A DNA stretch of 40,237 bases from an uncultured Bacillales bacterium (lineage in GTDB: Bacteria > Bacillota_I > Bacilli_A > RFN20 > CAG-826): positions 1 to 40,237 of the forward strand of contig CAMIVH010000001.1 of the NCBI GenBank assembly GCA_946401755.1. The letters run 5' to 3'. Positions 17,921-26,698 of the stretch are shown here, in pieces. The translations under genes were made by a program, and so were the position numbers. The stretch's first letter is position 1; every line of letters begins with the position of its first letter. A model generated the notes under the pieces. It saw nothing but the letters and a program-made list of their open reading frames with translations. It had not been told where the DNA came from and ran no database searches.

Positions 17921-18648
17921 TATTTTAAGTTTTTGACAACGTTGATAACGTCTTCATTAAAGACTAAATCACACATATTGTCATATGATGTAGATTCTTT
18001 ATTGATGACCACTAAATAGCTGCCTTTGAAGTAACGGATAAAGCCTGCTGCTGGATAAACTTTTAATGAAGTTCCGATAACAATCATAACGTCACATGTC
18101 ATGATTGCGTTGATAGATCTAGAAATAATATCTTCATCTAATGATTCTTCATATAAAACAACGTTTGGTTTAACAATTCCGCCACATTTATCACAGTGAG
18201 GAACACCTTTGGAATTCATGACATAATCAAGACCAAATAATCTTCCACATCTTGTGCAGAAGTTTTGATGAATGGTGCCATGTAATTCATAAACAATCTT
18301 TGAACCAGCTTTTTGATGAAGGCCATCAATATTCTGAGTTACAACAATAACATTTTTACCCTTCTTTTCTAAATCTGCGAAGTATTTATGAGCGGCATTT
18401 GGCTGTGCTTTTGGATAGCACATTTTGTCTTTATAAAACTCATAGAACTCTTCGGTGTAGTTTTGGAAGAATGTGTGAGAAATGATTTCTTCTGGTGAAG
18501 CTTGGTACTTAGTTTTTTGATTATAAATGCCATTTGCGCTTCTAAAATCAGGGATACCACTAGGAACAGAAATGCCAGCGCCTGTAAAGACAACAATCTG
18601 TCTTGCTTCATCAATTATTTTTTGTAAAGTTTCGTATTTGTTTTCCAT
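17920..18648 (-). CDS. cobB: NAD-dependent protein deacylase (Sir2 family)
   Basis: Motifs GAGISVPSGIPDFRS, TQNIDGLH and the catalytic ELHG, plus a Zn ribbon (CTRCG...CDKCGG). Size is 242 aa. Confidence 0.9.
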   Translation of the reverse strand: MENKYETLQKIIDEARQIVVFTGAGISVPSGIPDFRSANGIYNQKTKYQASPEEIISHTFFQNYTEEFYEFYKDKMCYPKAQPNAAHKYFADLEKKGKNVIVVTQNIDGLHQKAGSKIVYELHGTIHQNFCTRCGRLFGLDYVMNSKGVPHCDKCGGIVKPNVVLYEESLDEDIISRSINAIMTCDVMIVIGTSLKVYPAAGFIRYFKGSYLVVINKESTSYDNMCDLVFNEDVINVVKNLK

Positions 18649-18786
18649 GCCATTATGATAGCAAGATTGATTTAATTTGTATAACTGAATGATTAATTGT
18701 GCCTATATGTAAAGAAATATGTGAAAAGTCCTGTCCTGCGTGTATAATACACGTTAGACAGAGATTTAGAATTATTTGTCGCTTAT

Positions 18787-20649
18787 ATGGGAAAATTAAG
18801 ATTCACTTTGACATATCTATTATTCTGGTTCGCGATTATTTTTTCTTGTTTACTCGCGGAAAACTTTTCTTTGTTTGCTAGTGACCATATGGGCGGAATG
18901 GAAATAGGATCACTTTATTTGCTCTCATTCTTTGTCATTCTCTTGTTGGTTTTTTATTACATCCTGGAGAGAAAACATAATGGCATCAAGATAGACACTG
19001 TTTTACTTTGCGCAATTGCTACTTTTGGTCTAGTATCAATTCTCACAGTTTGTTTCCAGGGAACTAGAACATTTACTGATGGCATCGATGGTGCAGTTGG
19101 AACAATATCTTTCTCACCAGAAGTGAAATTCCAATATGTTTTACAAATTATTATTTGGTGTGCAGTTTTATATGGCACCTTATATGCCATTACTCGTTAT
19201 TCGATTTCTAGAAAATGGCTTAAATGGTTAGCACTTGTCTACATAGTTGGATTAGCGGGATGTGCGATTGTCGATATCTTCCTTGAATCAAACAAAATCA
19301 TTGGTGTCTTTGCTGGTAATTATCAAGGCGATATCACGTTCATTATTTATAATTCAAACGTTTGGGCTCACTTATTATTAATCGGTATTTTCAGCTGTAT
19401 TGTTTTGTGCCTGAAGAGATTTAAACCATACTACTATGCTGCTATGGCATTTTTCTTCTTCATGATTATTTTTACATCCTGTACAACCGCGATTTTTGTT
19501 TCTATTACAGTCATGGTTGCTTACACTGTGTTTGAGATTATCGCAGTGTTCTACAAGAACCGTAAAAAGTTAGTCACATACTTAGCAGCCTATATTGGTG
19601 GTCTTATTGTCTTTTCTGCAGTATTCGCATTGATGGTTATTGTTAACGTCGATATCTTTGCAAATTTCTGGGACTTCGTTTTTAAGGAAATCTTAAACAA
19701 AGACTACAGCACTTTAACTTCAAGAACTGGCATATGGGCATCGGTTTTTGGCTTATTAAGCAAGAATCCAATAGACTTCATTTTCGGTCTTGGTTATAAG
19801 ACAGGTAACGCTATATTCACGGAATACTTTATGACATATCGTGATACAGGTTTTGCTATTAGAAGCACACATAATGGCTTTATGGAAGTATTCCTTAGAC
19901 ATGGATTATTAGGTGTTCTTGCTTATCTTACTTTATTATCAACATTTGTATTTGGATTAGTGCGTTTAATTAAGATAAAGCAGTACCGTGTCGCCTATCT
20001 CTATTCATTGTGCTTCTTTGGTATTCTGGTACACGGCATGGCTGAATCCACAACATTCTTCACACCAAATATCGGTGGTATGTACGCTACTTTGATATTC
20101 TTCCTGCCTGTTGCTAAAGAAGCAAAATACAATCGTTTGAAACTGCTCAATAAAGACTTACAGGAAAGAGATATTCCTACTAATAAGCTCAGCAATAGTG
20201 AGATTTGTTATTGCCTCGTATCGCTTTTAGTTGGTCTTGTTCTCGCGGTCGCTAGTGTGTTTTTATGCATGGGCAACACATTCACTACGCCTGAGCTTGT
20301 TATATACATCTGCTTGCTAAGCGTGCTTGTGCTAGCGTTGTTTATTTCGCCAGCATTATCGGGCGCTCGTAATAAAGCGTATTGGAGCGCGTTATTTAGA
20401 CCAATCGCTAACAAGATAGTTATGATTGTGGTGACCATCGTTTTAGCGGTTATATCAGCCATAATCTTACAAACATTCTTCGCCTTTGATATTTTTTCAA
20501 GAATTATGTTTAGTTTAAGTGTATTCGCAATATTTAGTTTGGGTAGCTTACTTGCGTATGGAATTAAAGCGTGCCCTGTTGTAGATGAAATGAATAATCG
20601 TTTCACAAGACTTTTGCAAAAAGTCAGTAGTGAGGTGCCATATGAGTAA
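18787..20649 (+). CDS. O-antigen ligase/polymerase-like (Wzy_C family) polytopic membrane protein with an extra C-terminal TM region
   Basis: It has more than 12 predicted TM helices and the Wzy_C-type motif THNGFMEVFLRHGLLGVLAYL. About 170 aa of additional C-terminal sequence carries more TM helices. No clear SD precedes ATG 18787, so the start is uncertain. Confidence 0.7.
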   Translation: MGKLRFTLTYLLFWFAIIFSCLLAENFSLFASDHMGGMEIGSLYLLSFFVILLLVFYYILERKHNGIKIDTVLLCAIATFGLVSILTVCFQGTRTFTDGIDGAVGTISFSPEVKFQYVLQIIIWCAVLYGTLYAITRYSISRKWLKWLALVYIVGLAGCAIVDIFLESNKIIGVFAGNYQGDITFIIYNSNVWAHLLLIGIFSCIVLCLKRFKPYYYAAMAFFFFMIIFTSCTTAIFVSITVMVAYTVFEIIAVFYKNRKKLVTYLAAYIGGLIVFSAVFALMVIVNVDIFANFWDFVFKEILNKDYSTLTSRTGIWASVFGLLSKNPIDFIFGLGYKTGNAIFTEYFMTYRDTGFAIRSTHNGFMEVFLRHGLLGVLAYLTLLSTFVFGLVRLIKIKQYRVAYLYSLCFFGILVHGMAESTTFFTPNIGGMYATLIFFLPVAKEAKYNRLKLLNKDLQERDIPTNKLSNSEICYCLVSLLVGLVLAVASVFLCMGNTFTTPELVIYICLLSVLVLALFISPALSGARNKAYWSALFRPIANKIVMIVVTIVLAVISAIILQTFFAFDIFSRIMFSLSVFAIFSLGSLLAYGIKACPVVDEMNNRFTRLLQKVSSEVPYE

Positions 20650-21100
20650 AGAAGAAACCGGTATCAAAATAATCACTAGTAATAAGAAAGCCCATTTCAA
20701 TTACTTCTTAAGTGAGTTTACAGAATGCGGCCTCGTTTTAGTGGGCACTGAAATTAAGTCCTTGCGTGTGCACGGCTGTTCGCTTAATGACGCCTATATC
20801 GTGATTAGAGGTGGAGAAATGGAAGTTATCAATATGCACATCAATCCATATGATCAAGGCAATATCTTCAATCATGACCCATTAAGAACTCGTAAGTTGT
20901 TACTCCACAAAAAAGAGATTAAATGGTTTGAAGAAAAAGCTAAGCGTGATGGCTTCACAATTGTGCCTACACGCGTCTACCTGAAAAGAGGTAAAGCCAA
21001 AATGGAAATTGCTTTAGCGAAAGGTAAAAAGCTTTACGACAAGCGTGAAACCATCAAGCAAAGAGATATTAAACGCAGCATTAAAAACGGAGAAGATTAA
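20642..21100 (+). CDS. smpB: SsrA-binding protein
   Basis: Motifs NKKAHFNY, GTEIKSLR and RKLLLHKKEI, with a basic C-terminal tail. I chose ATG 20642 with a GAGGTG SD. It overlaps the upstream gene by 8 nt. Confidence 0.93.
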   Translation: MSKEETGIKIITSNKKAHFNYFLSEFTECGLVLVGTEIKSLRVHGCSLNDAYIVIRGGEMEVINMHINPYDQGNIFNHDPLRTRKLLLHKKEIKWFEEKAKRDGFTIVPTRVYLKRGKAKMEIALAKGKKLYDKRETIKQRDIKRSIKNGED

Positions 21101-21101
21101 T

Positions 21102-22322
21102 ATGAGCAAGATAGATTTAAAAACATATTTTGAAAACGTAGGACATGGTGAATACCAAAGAGAAAATTTCGACTCTTTTCTAAAGAAAGTCGGTTTTTCT
21201 TATAATATTCCTTCTATCCATATTGCCGGTAGTAATGGTAAAGGTAGCACAGCGAATTATCTTGCTAATATTTATCGCGCTCAAGGTTATAAAGTCGGTT
21301 TATTCACTTCTCCATATTTAGAAGTCGTTAATGAAATGATTAACGTTAACGGTCAAAACATCACCGATAACGAAATGATTTCTATACTAGAAGAATACGC
21401 TAAAACAATTGATAAATTTTCATTATCGCCATTCGAAATTCAAACGTTTATTGCCCTAACATACTTTGCTAGAAACAAATGCGATTTAGCCATTATTGAA
21501 TGTGGTATGGGTGGGGAAATTGATGCGACAAATATCTTTACTCCAATCGCTTCAGTTATCACCTCTATCAGCCTAGAACACACTGCGTTTTTAGGCCGCT
21601 CAATCTGTGAAATCGCTTATCAAAAAGCAGGCATTATTAAAAGAGGAATTCCTGTTATTACAGGTATGTTAGATGAAGAAGCTATCAACACAATTGTTGA
21701 AGTTTCAAAAGAGAATGAATGCCAATTATCAGTCTCAGTTGAACCTGCAAAAGTAGTGTATGAGAATAAAGGCTTCAACTTTGCATATGGCACTCTTTCT
21801 GATTTAAGAATTAATTCCGCTGCAACATATTCTCTTAAGGATGCTTGCATCGCTTTAGAAGTTGTAAATAAACTTAATGAATCGTTACCAGTAACTGAAG
21901 AATCCATTAGAGCGGGTCTAGCTAATACTTATATGCCAGTTAGAATGGAAATACTTAAAGAGAATCCTTTGCTAATAGTGGATGGTTCTCATAATCCAGA
22001 AGGCGTACTAAATTTAACAAAATCTCTGCAAAACGTGGTCGAAAATCGTGCAATTCACGTTTTATTTGCCTGTTTCAGAGATAAGAATATTGAAAGAATG
22101 ATTGCTTATCTAGGCGAATACAGTAAAGACATTATCTTGACTACGTTCCCTCACGAAAGAGCGAGAACAGAAGAGGATTATTTTCTTTATTTGGATGACT
22201 ATTCATTCAAAGAAAACGCCCTTGAAGCGCTTAATGAATTATTAACAAATTATCCAGATGACGCCATCTTAGTTACTGGTTCATTAGCGTTTGCGGCTTA
22301 CATCAAACAAAATTTGAAATGA
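21102..22322 (+). CDS. folC: Folylpolyglutamate synthase / dihydrofolate synthase
   Basis: Mur-ligase P-loop IAGSNGKGST, plus ECGMGGEIDATN. I chose ATG 21102, 1 nt after the smpB stop, instead of the track start 21045 inside smpB. Confidence 0.9.
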   Translation: MSKIDLKTYFENVGHGEYQRENFDSFLKKVGFSYNIPSIHIAGSNGKGSTANYLANIYRAQGYKVGLFTSPYLEVVNEMINVNGQNITDNEMISILEEYAKTIDKFSLSPFEIQTFIALTYFARNKCDLAIIECGMGGEIDATNIFTPIASVITSISLEHTAFLGRSICEIAYQKAGIIKRGIPVITGMLDEEAINTIVEVSKENECQLSVSVEPAKVVYENKGFNFAYGTLSDLRINSAATYSLKDACIALEVVNKLNESLPVTEESIRAGLANTYMPVRMEILKENPLLIVDGSHNPEGVLNLTKSLQNVVENRAIHVLFACFRDKNIERMIAYLGEYSKDIILTTFPHERARTEEDYFLYLDDYSFKENALEALNELLTNYPDDAILVTGSLAFAAYIKQNLK

Positions 22323-22329
22323 GGTTAAT

Positions 22330-23082
22330 ATGCGTATCAGATTTATCAAGACCAACATCTCCCCAATACAAAAGATTTGCTTAACAGGTTTATTCATTGC
22401 CTTAGCGGTAATTTGTCAAAAAGTTATGGCAGTCAATTACATCCCTGCTTTGCCTTTTGTTCGTGTCTCGTTTTGTGGACCAGCTTTAATTATTTTTGCC
22501 TCGATTCTTCTCGGTCCTTTCTATGGATTGATTGTTGGGGCTGCTAGTGACTTACTTGGCTATTTAATTTTTGATCCAAGAACTAATCCGATGTTCTTTC
22601 AAATCACTTTAATTTATGCCGTTTTAGGTTTTGCATCTTATTTCGTATTCTCTCTAGTTCGCTCTATTACCAATCGTAAATTAATGTTTGGTATTGAAGT
22701 TGGAACACTTCTTCTCATTTGGGGAGCGGCGGCTTTATTTTTGATTACCAACGCAAAAGTCGAATTGGTTTTTAAAATTATCGTCCCAATTGCTTGTGGT
22801 TTATTATTTATCGGATTAATTTTGTTCTCTCTTCTCTTCAAGGGTAAAGAAGACAATCCATTTATTAGTCCGTTACATATTTGTTTTGCGTCATTTATTT
22901 GTGACTTCTTTTTCCTATTATGGTTTGGCTCACTGATGAAAGCTTGGGCTTTTGGTTTCAATTTATTCATCACCATTTTCTTATGCCAAGCCCTAGTAAT
23001 GTTTGTGAATGTTGTCCTAGACACATTCTTCATTTCAATATTCCAAAGATTCACAAAGAAATATTTTGTTGAGGTTAGATAA
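22330..23082 (+). CDS. folT: ECF-transporter S component-like membrane protein, probably folate family
   Basis: About 6 TM helices. The N-terminal pattern LTGLFIALAVICQKV...VRVSFCGPALIIFASILLGPFYGLIVGAASDLLGY resembles folate-family S components, and the gene lies 7 nt downstream of folC. At 250 aa it is longer than typical. Confidence 0.6.
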   Translation: MRIRFIKTNISPIQKICLTGLFIALAVICQKVMAVNYIPALPFVRVSFCGPALIIFASILLGPFYGLIVGAASDLLGYLIFDPRTNPMFFQITLIYAVLGFASYFVFSLVRSITNRKLMFGIEVGTLLLIWGAAALFLITNAKVELVFKIIVPIACGLLFIGLILFSLLFKGKEDNPFISPLHICFASFICDFFFLLWFGSLMKAWAFGFNLFITIFLCQALVMFVNVVLDTFFISIFQRFTKKYFVEVR

Positions 23083-23083
23083 G

Positions 23084-23290
23084 ATGGAAGAAAGAAAAAC
23101 CGAAGAATTAGAGCCAACTGAAGTTGTGCCTATTGATCAAAAAAGAGAAACAATTCACTTTCCTTGGGGAATGGCTATTATCATGGGAATTTTGATGTTA
23201 TGCATCATTGTTTGCTTTATTGTTGTCATGATTTTAGGCCCAGTAAATTCCTCTTCCGCGAGTAGCGTAATTTCCAGTTCAGCGGTGTAA
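23084..23290 (+). CDS. Small single-pass membrane protein, unknown function
   Basis: 68 aa, with an acidic N-terminus, one strong TM helix (WGMAIIMGILMLCIIVCFIVVMIL) and a Ser-rich tail. It starts 1 nt after the folT stop. Confidence 0.5.
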   Translation: MEERKTEELEPTEVVPIDQKRETIHFPWGMAIIMGILMLCIIVCFIVVMILGPVNSSSASSVISSSAV

Positions 23291-23366
23291 AGACATAAAT
23301 ATTTCTTTACAATGTTTGGTAGGAGTGATAAGTTATTAAAAGTTAATTGTGATAGGGGGGTTAAAG

Positions 23367-23513
23367 ATGAGAGAAAAAGTTCTTTTGATTTGCGAAGAGT
23401 GCCTCTCAAGAAACTACACAACCACAATTAAAAAGGAAGGTGCAAAAAACCTTCAGATTAAAAAGTTCTGTAAGCGTTGTAATAAGATGACGCTTCATAA
23501 GATTAGCAAGTAA
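23367..23513 (+). CDS. rpmG: 50S ribosomal protein L33 (Zn-ribbon C+ form)
   Basis: Not in the ORF track (48 aa). It translates to [48 protein letters not shown], with CxxC...CxxC. A GGGGGG SD lies upstream, and its position before secE-nusG is conserved. Confidence 0.9.
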   Translation: MREKVLLICEECLSRNYTTTIKKEGAKNLQIKKFCKRCNKMTLHKISK

Positions 23514-23526
23514 GGAGGTCCTTCTC

Positions 23527-23718
23527 ATGGGTGTTAAAAAATTCACATCAGAAGTTATCAAAGAAGGCAAACGTGTTCGCTGGCCTAAAAGAGATGTCTT
23601 AGTTCCAGCATTTATTGTTGTCGTTATCATAGCCGCATTAACAGGCTTACTTTTAATGGGCGAAGATGCCTTAGGCAAAGGCTTAATCGATGTCCTTAGA
23701 AAGACATTTAATAGCTAG
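23527..23718 (+). CDS. secE: Preprotein translocase subunit SecE
   Basis: 63 aa, with the pattern KEGKRVRWPKR followed by a single TM helix. AAGGAGG SD. Sits in the rpmG-secE-nusG context. Confidence 0.9.
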   Translation: MGVKKFTSEVIKEGKRVRWPKRDVLVPAFIVVVIIAALTGLLLMGEDALGKGLIDVLRKTFNS

Positions 23719-23729
23719 GAGGTATTTTC

Positions 23730-24341
23730 ATGGCAGACGAAATCAAATTTACAGATAGTACAACAGATTTAAGTGAAGGCGAATCATCTAATGCTACATT
23801 AGGTGAAAAAGCTTGGTACGTGGTTAATACCTATTCCACACACGAAAACAAAGTCAAAGAAAACTTAAAACGTCGTGTTGAATCAATGGGCTTACAAGAT
23901 TTAATCTTCCGTATTATTGTCGCGGAACAAGAAGTCCCAGTGATGAAAGATGGTATGCCAACCGACAAGACAAGAATGAAAAACCTTTATCCAGGTTATG
24001 TCTTCGTCGAAATGATTATGACAGACTATGCTTGGTACGTTGTTCGTAATACTCCAGGTGTTACCGGCTTCGTCGGTTCCTCTGGTAAAGGTACAAAACC
24101 ATTCCCAGTTCCACGTGAACAAATTGAACCAGTTCTTAAGAGAATGGGTGAAATTGACGCCGATATGTTTGACCGTTACAGTGTTGATGACTACGTTAAG
24201 GTTATCCATGGTCCATTAGAAGGTACCGAAGGTCGTATTCTCTCCATCAATAGAGACACCAAAGTTGTTGAACTTGAAACCATCTTCTTTGGTAGATCCA
24301 CAAAAGTGGAAGTCGACTTCTCCGAAATTGATAAAATCTAA
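23730..24341 (+). CDS. nusG: Transcription termination/antitermination factor NusG
   Basis: NGN domain WYVVNTYSTHENKV and KOW motif VKVIHGPLEGTEGRI. Has a short N-terminal extension. Confidence 0.93.
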   Translation: MADEIKFTDSTTDLSEGESSNATLGEKAWYVVNTYSTHENKVKENLKRRVESMGLQDLIFRIIVAEQEVPVMKDGMPTDKTRMKNLYPGYVFVEMIMTDYAWYVVRNTPGVTGFVGSSGKGTKPFPVPREQIEPVLKRMGEIDADMFDRYSVDDYVKVIHGPLEGTEGRILSINRDTKVVELETIFFGRSTKVEVDFSEIDKI

Positions 24342-24362
24342 CTTGTTAATAACAAGCAACAA

Positions 24363-24396
24363 AAAACCAGCTTCATACGAGGCTGGTTTTATTTTT
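24363..24396. terminator. Bidirectional terminator between convergent nusG and ktrA
   Basis: 12-bp stem AAAACCAGCTTC (24363-74) / GAGGCTGGTTTT (24379-90) with a 4-nt loop. A T-run follows on the plus strand, and the A6 run upstream gives a T-run on the minus strand. Confidence 0.75.
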
Positions 24397-24402
24397 GCGT
24401 TT

Positions 24403-25092
24403 TTAATTACTGCTTTTTCTTCTTCTAGTTCTCACACCATTGATGGCTTCACGGAAGTTTCTAATTTCTTTAGTGCTACCAACAACGAAGATTGTATCAT
24501 CTGGTAATAATGAGTCATTACCACCAGGAACGAAAGAACGGCCGTTACGCATGATTAGAACCACGCTGACGCCATATTTATCTTTGGTCGCTAAATCCCT
24601 TAATTGTTCTGGAACATAAGCGCTATTAACGACAATAGAGACGACGGAATACTTATCATCGAGTTTGTAGAAGTCTTTGAAGTCTTCGTTACCTAATCTG
24701 TTTGCTAACGCAACGCCAGCAGCCTTTTGAGGCATGATAACTTCAGTAGCGCCCAATTTCTTCATAATTGGTAAATAGTAGGCATCGTCAACACGAACGA
24801 TGATAGATTTAACACCTAATTCTTTAAGAATAACTGTAGTCAAAATACTAGCTTCGATATGAGAACCGAAAGCGACGATCGCGGCATCAACATCCTTGAT
24901 ACCTAAATCTTTTAAAGCTTCTTCATCAGTCGCGTTAGCAACAGCGACGGTTGGAAGCAAAGCACTAATCTTTTTAACGGCTTCTTCGTCGGTATCAATC
25001 GCGATAACGTCCATACCGTTACCAACGAGTTCTTCAACGACAGAAATACCGAACTGACCTAAGCCGATAACTGCAAATGATTTTTTAGCCAT
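24403..25092 (-). CDS. ktrA: K+ uptake system regulatory subunit (RCK_N/RCK_C; KtrA/TrkA)
   Basis: Rossmann motif AVIGLGQFG. Size is 229 aa. It lies directly downstream of the TrkH/KtrB-family gene. Confidence 0.88.
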   Translation of the reverse strand: MAKKSFAVIGLGQFGISVVEELVGNGMDVIAIDTDEEAVKKISALLPTVAVANATDEEALKDLGIKDVDAAIVAFGSHIEASILTTVILKELGVKSIIVRVDDAYYLPIMKKLGATEVIMPQKAAGVALANRLGNEDFKDFYKLDDKYSVVSIVVNSAYVPEQLRDLATKDKYGVSVVLIMRNGRSFVPGGNDSLLPDDTIFVVGSTKEIRNFREAINGVRTRRRKSSN

Positions 25093-25107
25093 ATAGAGTG
25101 TCCTCCT

Positions 25108-26544
25108 TTAACCGATTAAAAAATCTTCTTCAACAAAACTATAATGCACATTAGAGTTTTTGTCTAAATGATTTTGGAATATCTGGAAAAATGCCATAGG
25201 TCCGAGATGACCTAAAAGCATTAAGAAACATAAGACAATTTTTGAACCAACCGAAAGGTAAGGTTCAATACCTGTATAGAAACCAACGTTACCAAAGAAT
25301 GAGAAACAAGAGAATAAATAGAGTCCTAATAAATCTTCTTTCGCGGCTTCATTCATGGTGTAGCCCTTAATCTCTCTAACACCAAATAAGGAAACGAGAA
25401 TAAAGGAAACCACGATAATGGTTACAACGACAAACACTAAACTCATACTCTTAGCAACGATATTATCAGAGAAGTTACGTTTGAACGCTGGCAAACGTTT
25501 GCCTCTAAAGTAAGAGAGAATGGAAATGATGATAATGAAAATAGTGGTGACCTTAATACCGCCCGCTGTTGAAAGAGGGGAACCACCAATAAACATCATC
25601 AAAGAGCAGATCATCTTACCAGGTAGAGAAATCTCACTAATTGGATAAACGCTGTATCCAGCGGTACGACAGTTAATAATGGTCAATATCACTTCAAAGA
25701 TATTCATTGGGTTATCTGCCTTCAATCCATCTGTGAAGAAGAGGAATAAAGACATCACCACAATTAAGGCGCCAGTGGAAGCCAAAATCATCTTAGTAAA
25801 TGAACTCCATCTTCTTGGATTTCTATGTTCGAAAACAGCATCAATAATGACTAAGAATGAGATACCACCAAGAAGTGATAAGAAACCATTATAAATAGTG
25901 AAATAGTAGTATAACCAATTATCAGTTAAAATCGCGCCGCCATTATTTGTAAATAAGCCATTCATTAAAGAGTTTGTAGAGCTAAATAAATCAAAGCCAG
26001 CGTTATTAAATGATGATACTGAATAGAATAAAGAATAAGACAAGATGTGAGACCAATCGCCAGGGAAGAGGGCGATAAACACTGGTAATCCTAATGCAAA
26101 TCCCACTAACTCACAGACAGCGGTAATAATAATCAAACGACGGACAAATTGCACAATTTCACCGAAGTTATTAAAGGCAATAGCTTGGGAAATCATCAGA
26201 CGATCTCTAAACTGTAGCTTTCTTCTAAAAATAGAAAATAAGAAGGTTAAAATCGTAACGATACCTAAACCACCAATTTGCACTAAAACCATCACAATGA
26301 TTTGACCAGCGCCACTGAGGGTATTAACTAAGCCATCTGGATAAGTGGTGAGGCCAGTTAAACTCATCGCCGATAGTGAAGTGAAAAAGGCATCCATGTA
26401 GGAACCGACATGACACCATTCGTTATTCGGATTATCTCTAAATACGAAAGGCATACTGAGTAAAAATGAGCCCAGTAAAACAATCGCTAAGAACGAAATA
26501 ATAAGCAATAAATATGGATTCAATAACTTGTTTTTCTTGATCAT
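25108..26544 (-). CDS. ktrB: K+ transporter membrane subunit (TrkH/KtrB family)
   Basis: 478 aa polytopic membrane protein with repeated pore-loop-like segments (SLTGLTT, NNAGFD, RTAGYS, STAGGIKV). Confidence 0.88.
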   Translation of the reverse strand: MIKKNKLLNPYLLLIISFLAIVLLGSFLLSMPFVFRDNPNNEWCHVGSYMDAFFTSLSAMSLTGLTTYPDGLVNTLSGAGQIIVMVLVQIGGLGIVTILTFLFSIFRRKLQFRDRLMISQAIAFNNFGEIVQFVRRLIIITAVCELVGFALGLPVFIALFPGDWSHILSYSLFYSVSSFNNAGFDLFSSTNSLMNGLFTNNGGAILTDNWLYYYFTIYNGFLSLLGGISFLVIIDAVFEHRNPRRWSSFTKMILASTGALIVVMSLFLFFTDGLKADNPMNIFEVILTIINCRTAGYSVYPISEISLPGKMICSLMMFIGGSPLSTAGGIKVTTIFIIIISILSYFRGKRLPAFKRNFSDNIVAKSMSLVFVVVTIIVVSFILVSLFGVREIKGYTMNEAAKEDLLGLYLFSCFSFFGNVGFYTGIEPYLSVGSKIVLCFLMLLGHLGPMAFFQIFQNHLDKNSNVHYSFVEEDFLIG

Positions 26545-26568
26545 ACTATTTGCTCTCTAGATGCCGAT

Positions 26569-26597
26569 ATAATACACTTTGTTATTATAAAAGTCAA
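26569..26597 (-). promoter_or_regulatory. Sigma-A-type promoter for ktrB-ktrA (minus strand)
   Basis: On the minus strand: TTGACT (26597-92), a 17-nt spacer, then TATTAT (26574-69), about 25 nt upstream of the ktrB ATG. Confidence 0.5.
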
Positions 26598-26668
26598 CTC
26601 TTGACAAATCACAAGTGATTTGAGGTTTGATATTTCTTCTTTCATTTAATCTAAATATAAAAAATCTC

Positions 26669-26698
26669 TTGCAACGTGCATACGTATTTTGATACGAT
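26669..26698 (+). promoter_or_regulatory. Candidate promoter for rplKA
   Basis: TTGCAA (26669-74), an 18-nt spacer, then TACGAT (26693-98) preceded by TGa (extended -10). Confidence 0.35.

Noticed and set aside
17264-18648. SIR2-domain protein as part of a defence system (Thoeris/DSR-like)
   Set aside because: The 242-aa protein has the full canonical deacylase motif set plus the Zn ribbon and no extra effector or sensor domains. Its partner is an ordinary HAD phosphatase. Housekeeping CobB is the parsimonious call.
18699-18881. 60-aa Cys-rich ORF (PICKEICEKSCPAC...) starting at a GTG in the cobB/Wzy divergent spacer
   Set aside because: It runs through the putative promoter and overlaps the first ~95 nt of the Wzy-like gene in another frame. 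It has no SD. The Cys clustering is confined to a handful of TGT/TGC codons in an AT-rich spacer. I treat it as spurious, though it cannot be excluded without ribosome-profiling data.
20630-21100. tmRNA (ssrA) next to smpB
   Set aside because: smpB is flanked by overlapping or abutting CDSs on both sides. There is no intergenic space for an RNA of about 350 nt, and I saw no tRNA-Ala-like acceptor end.
22638-23117. 159-aa minus-strand ORF opposite folT, and a 132-aa ORF at 20208-20606 opposite the Wzy-like gene
   Set aside because: Both lie antisense to hydrophobic membrane-protein genes. Their products are basic and low-complexity, with no translation signals.
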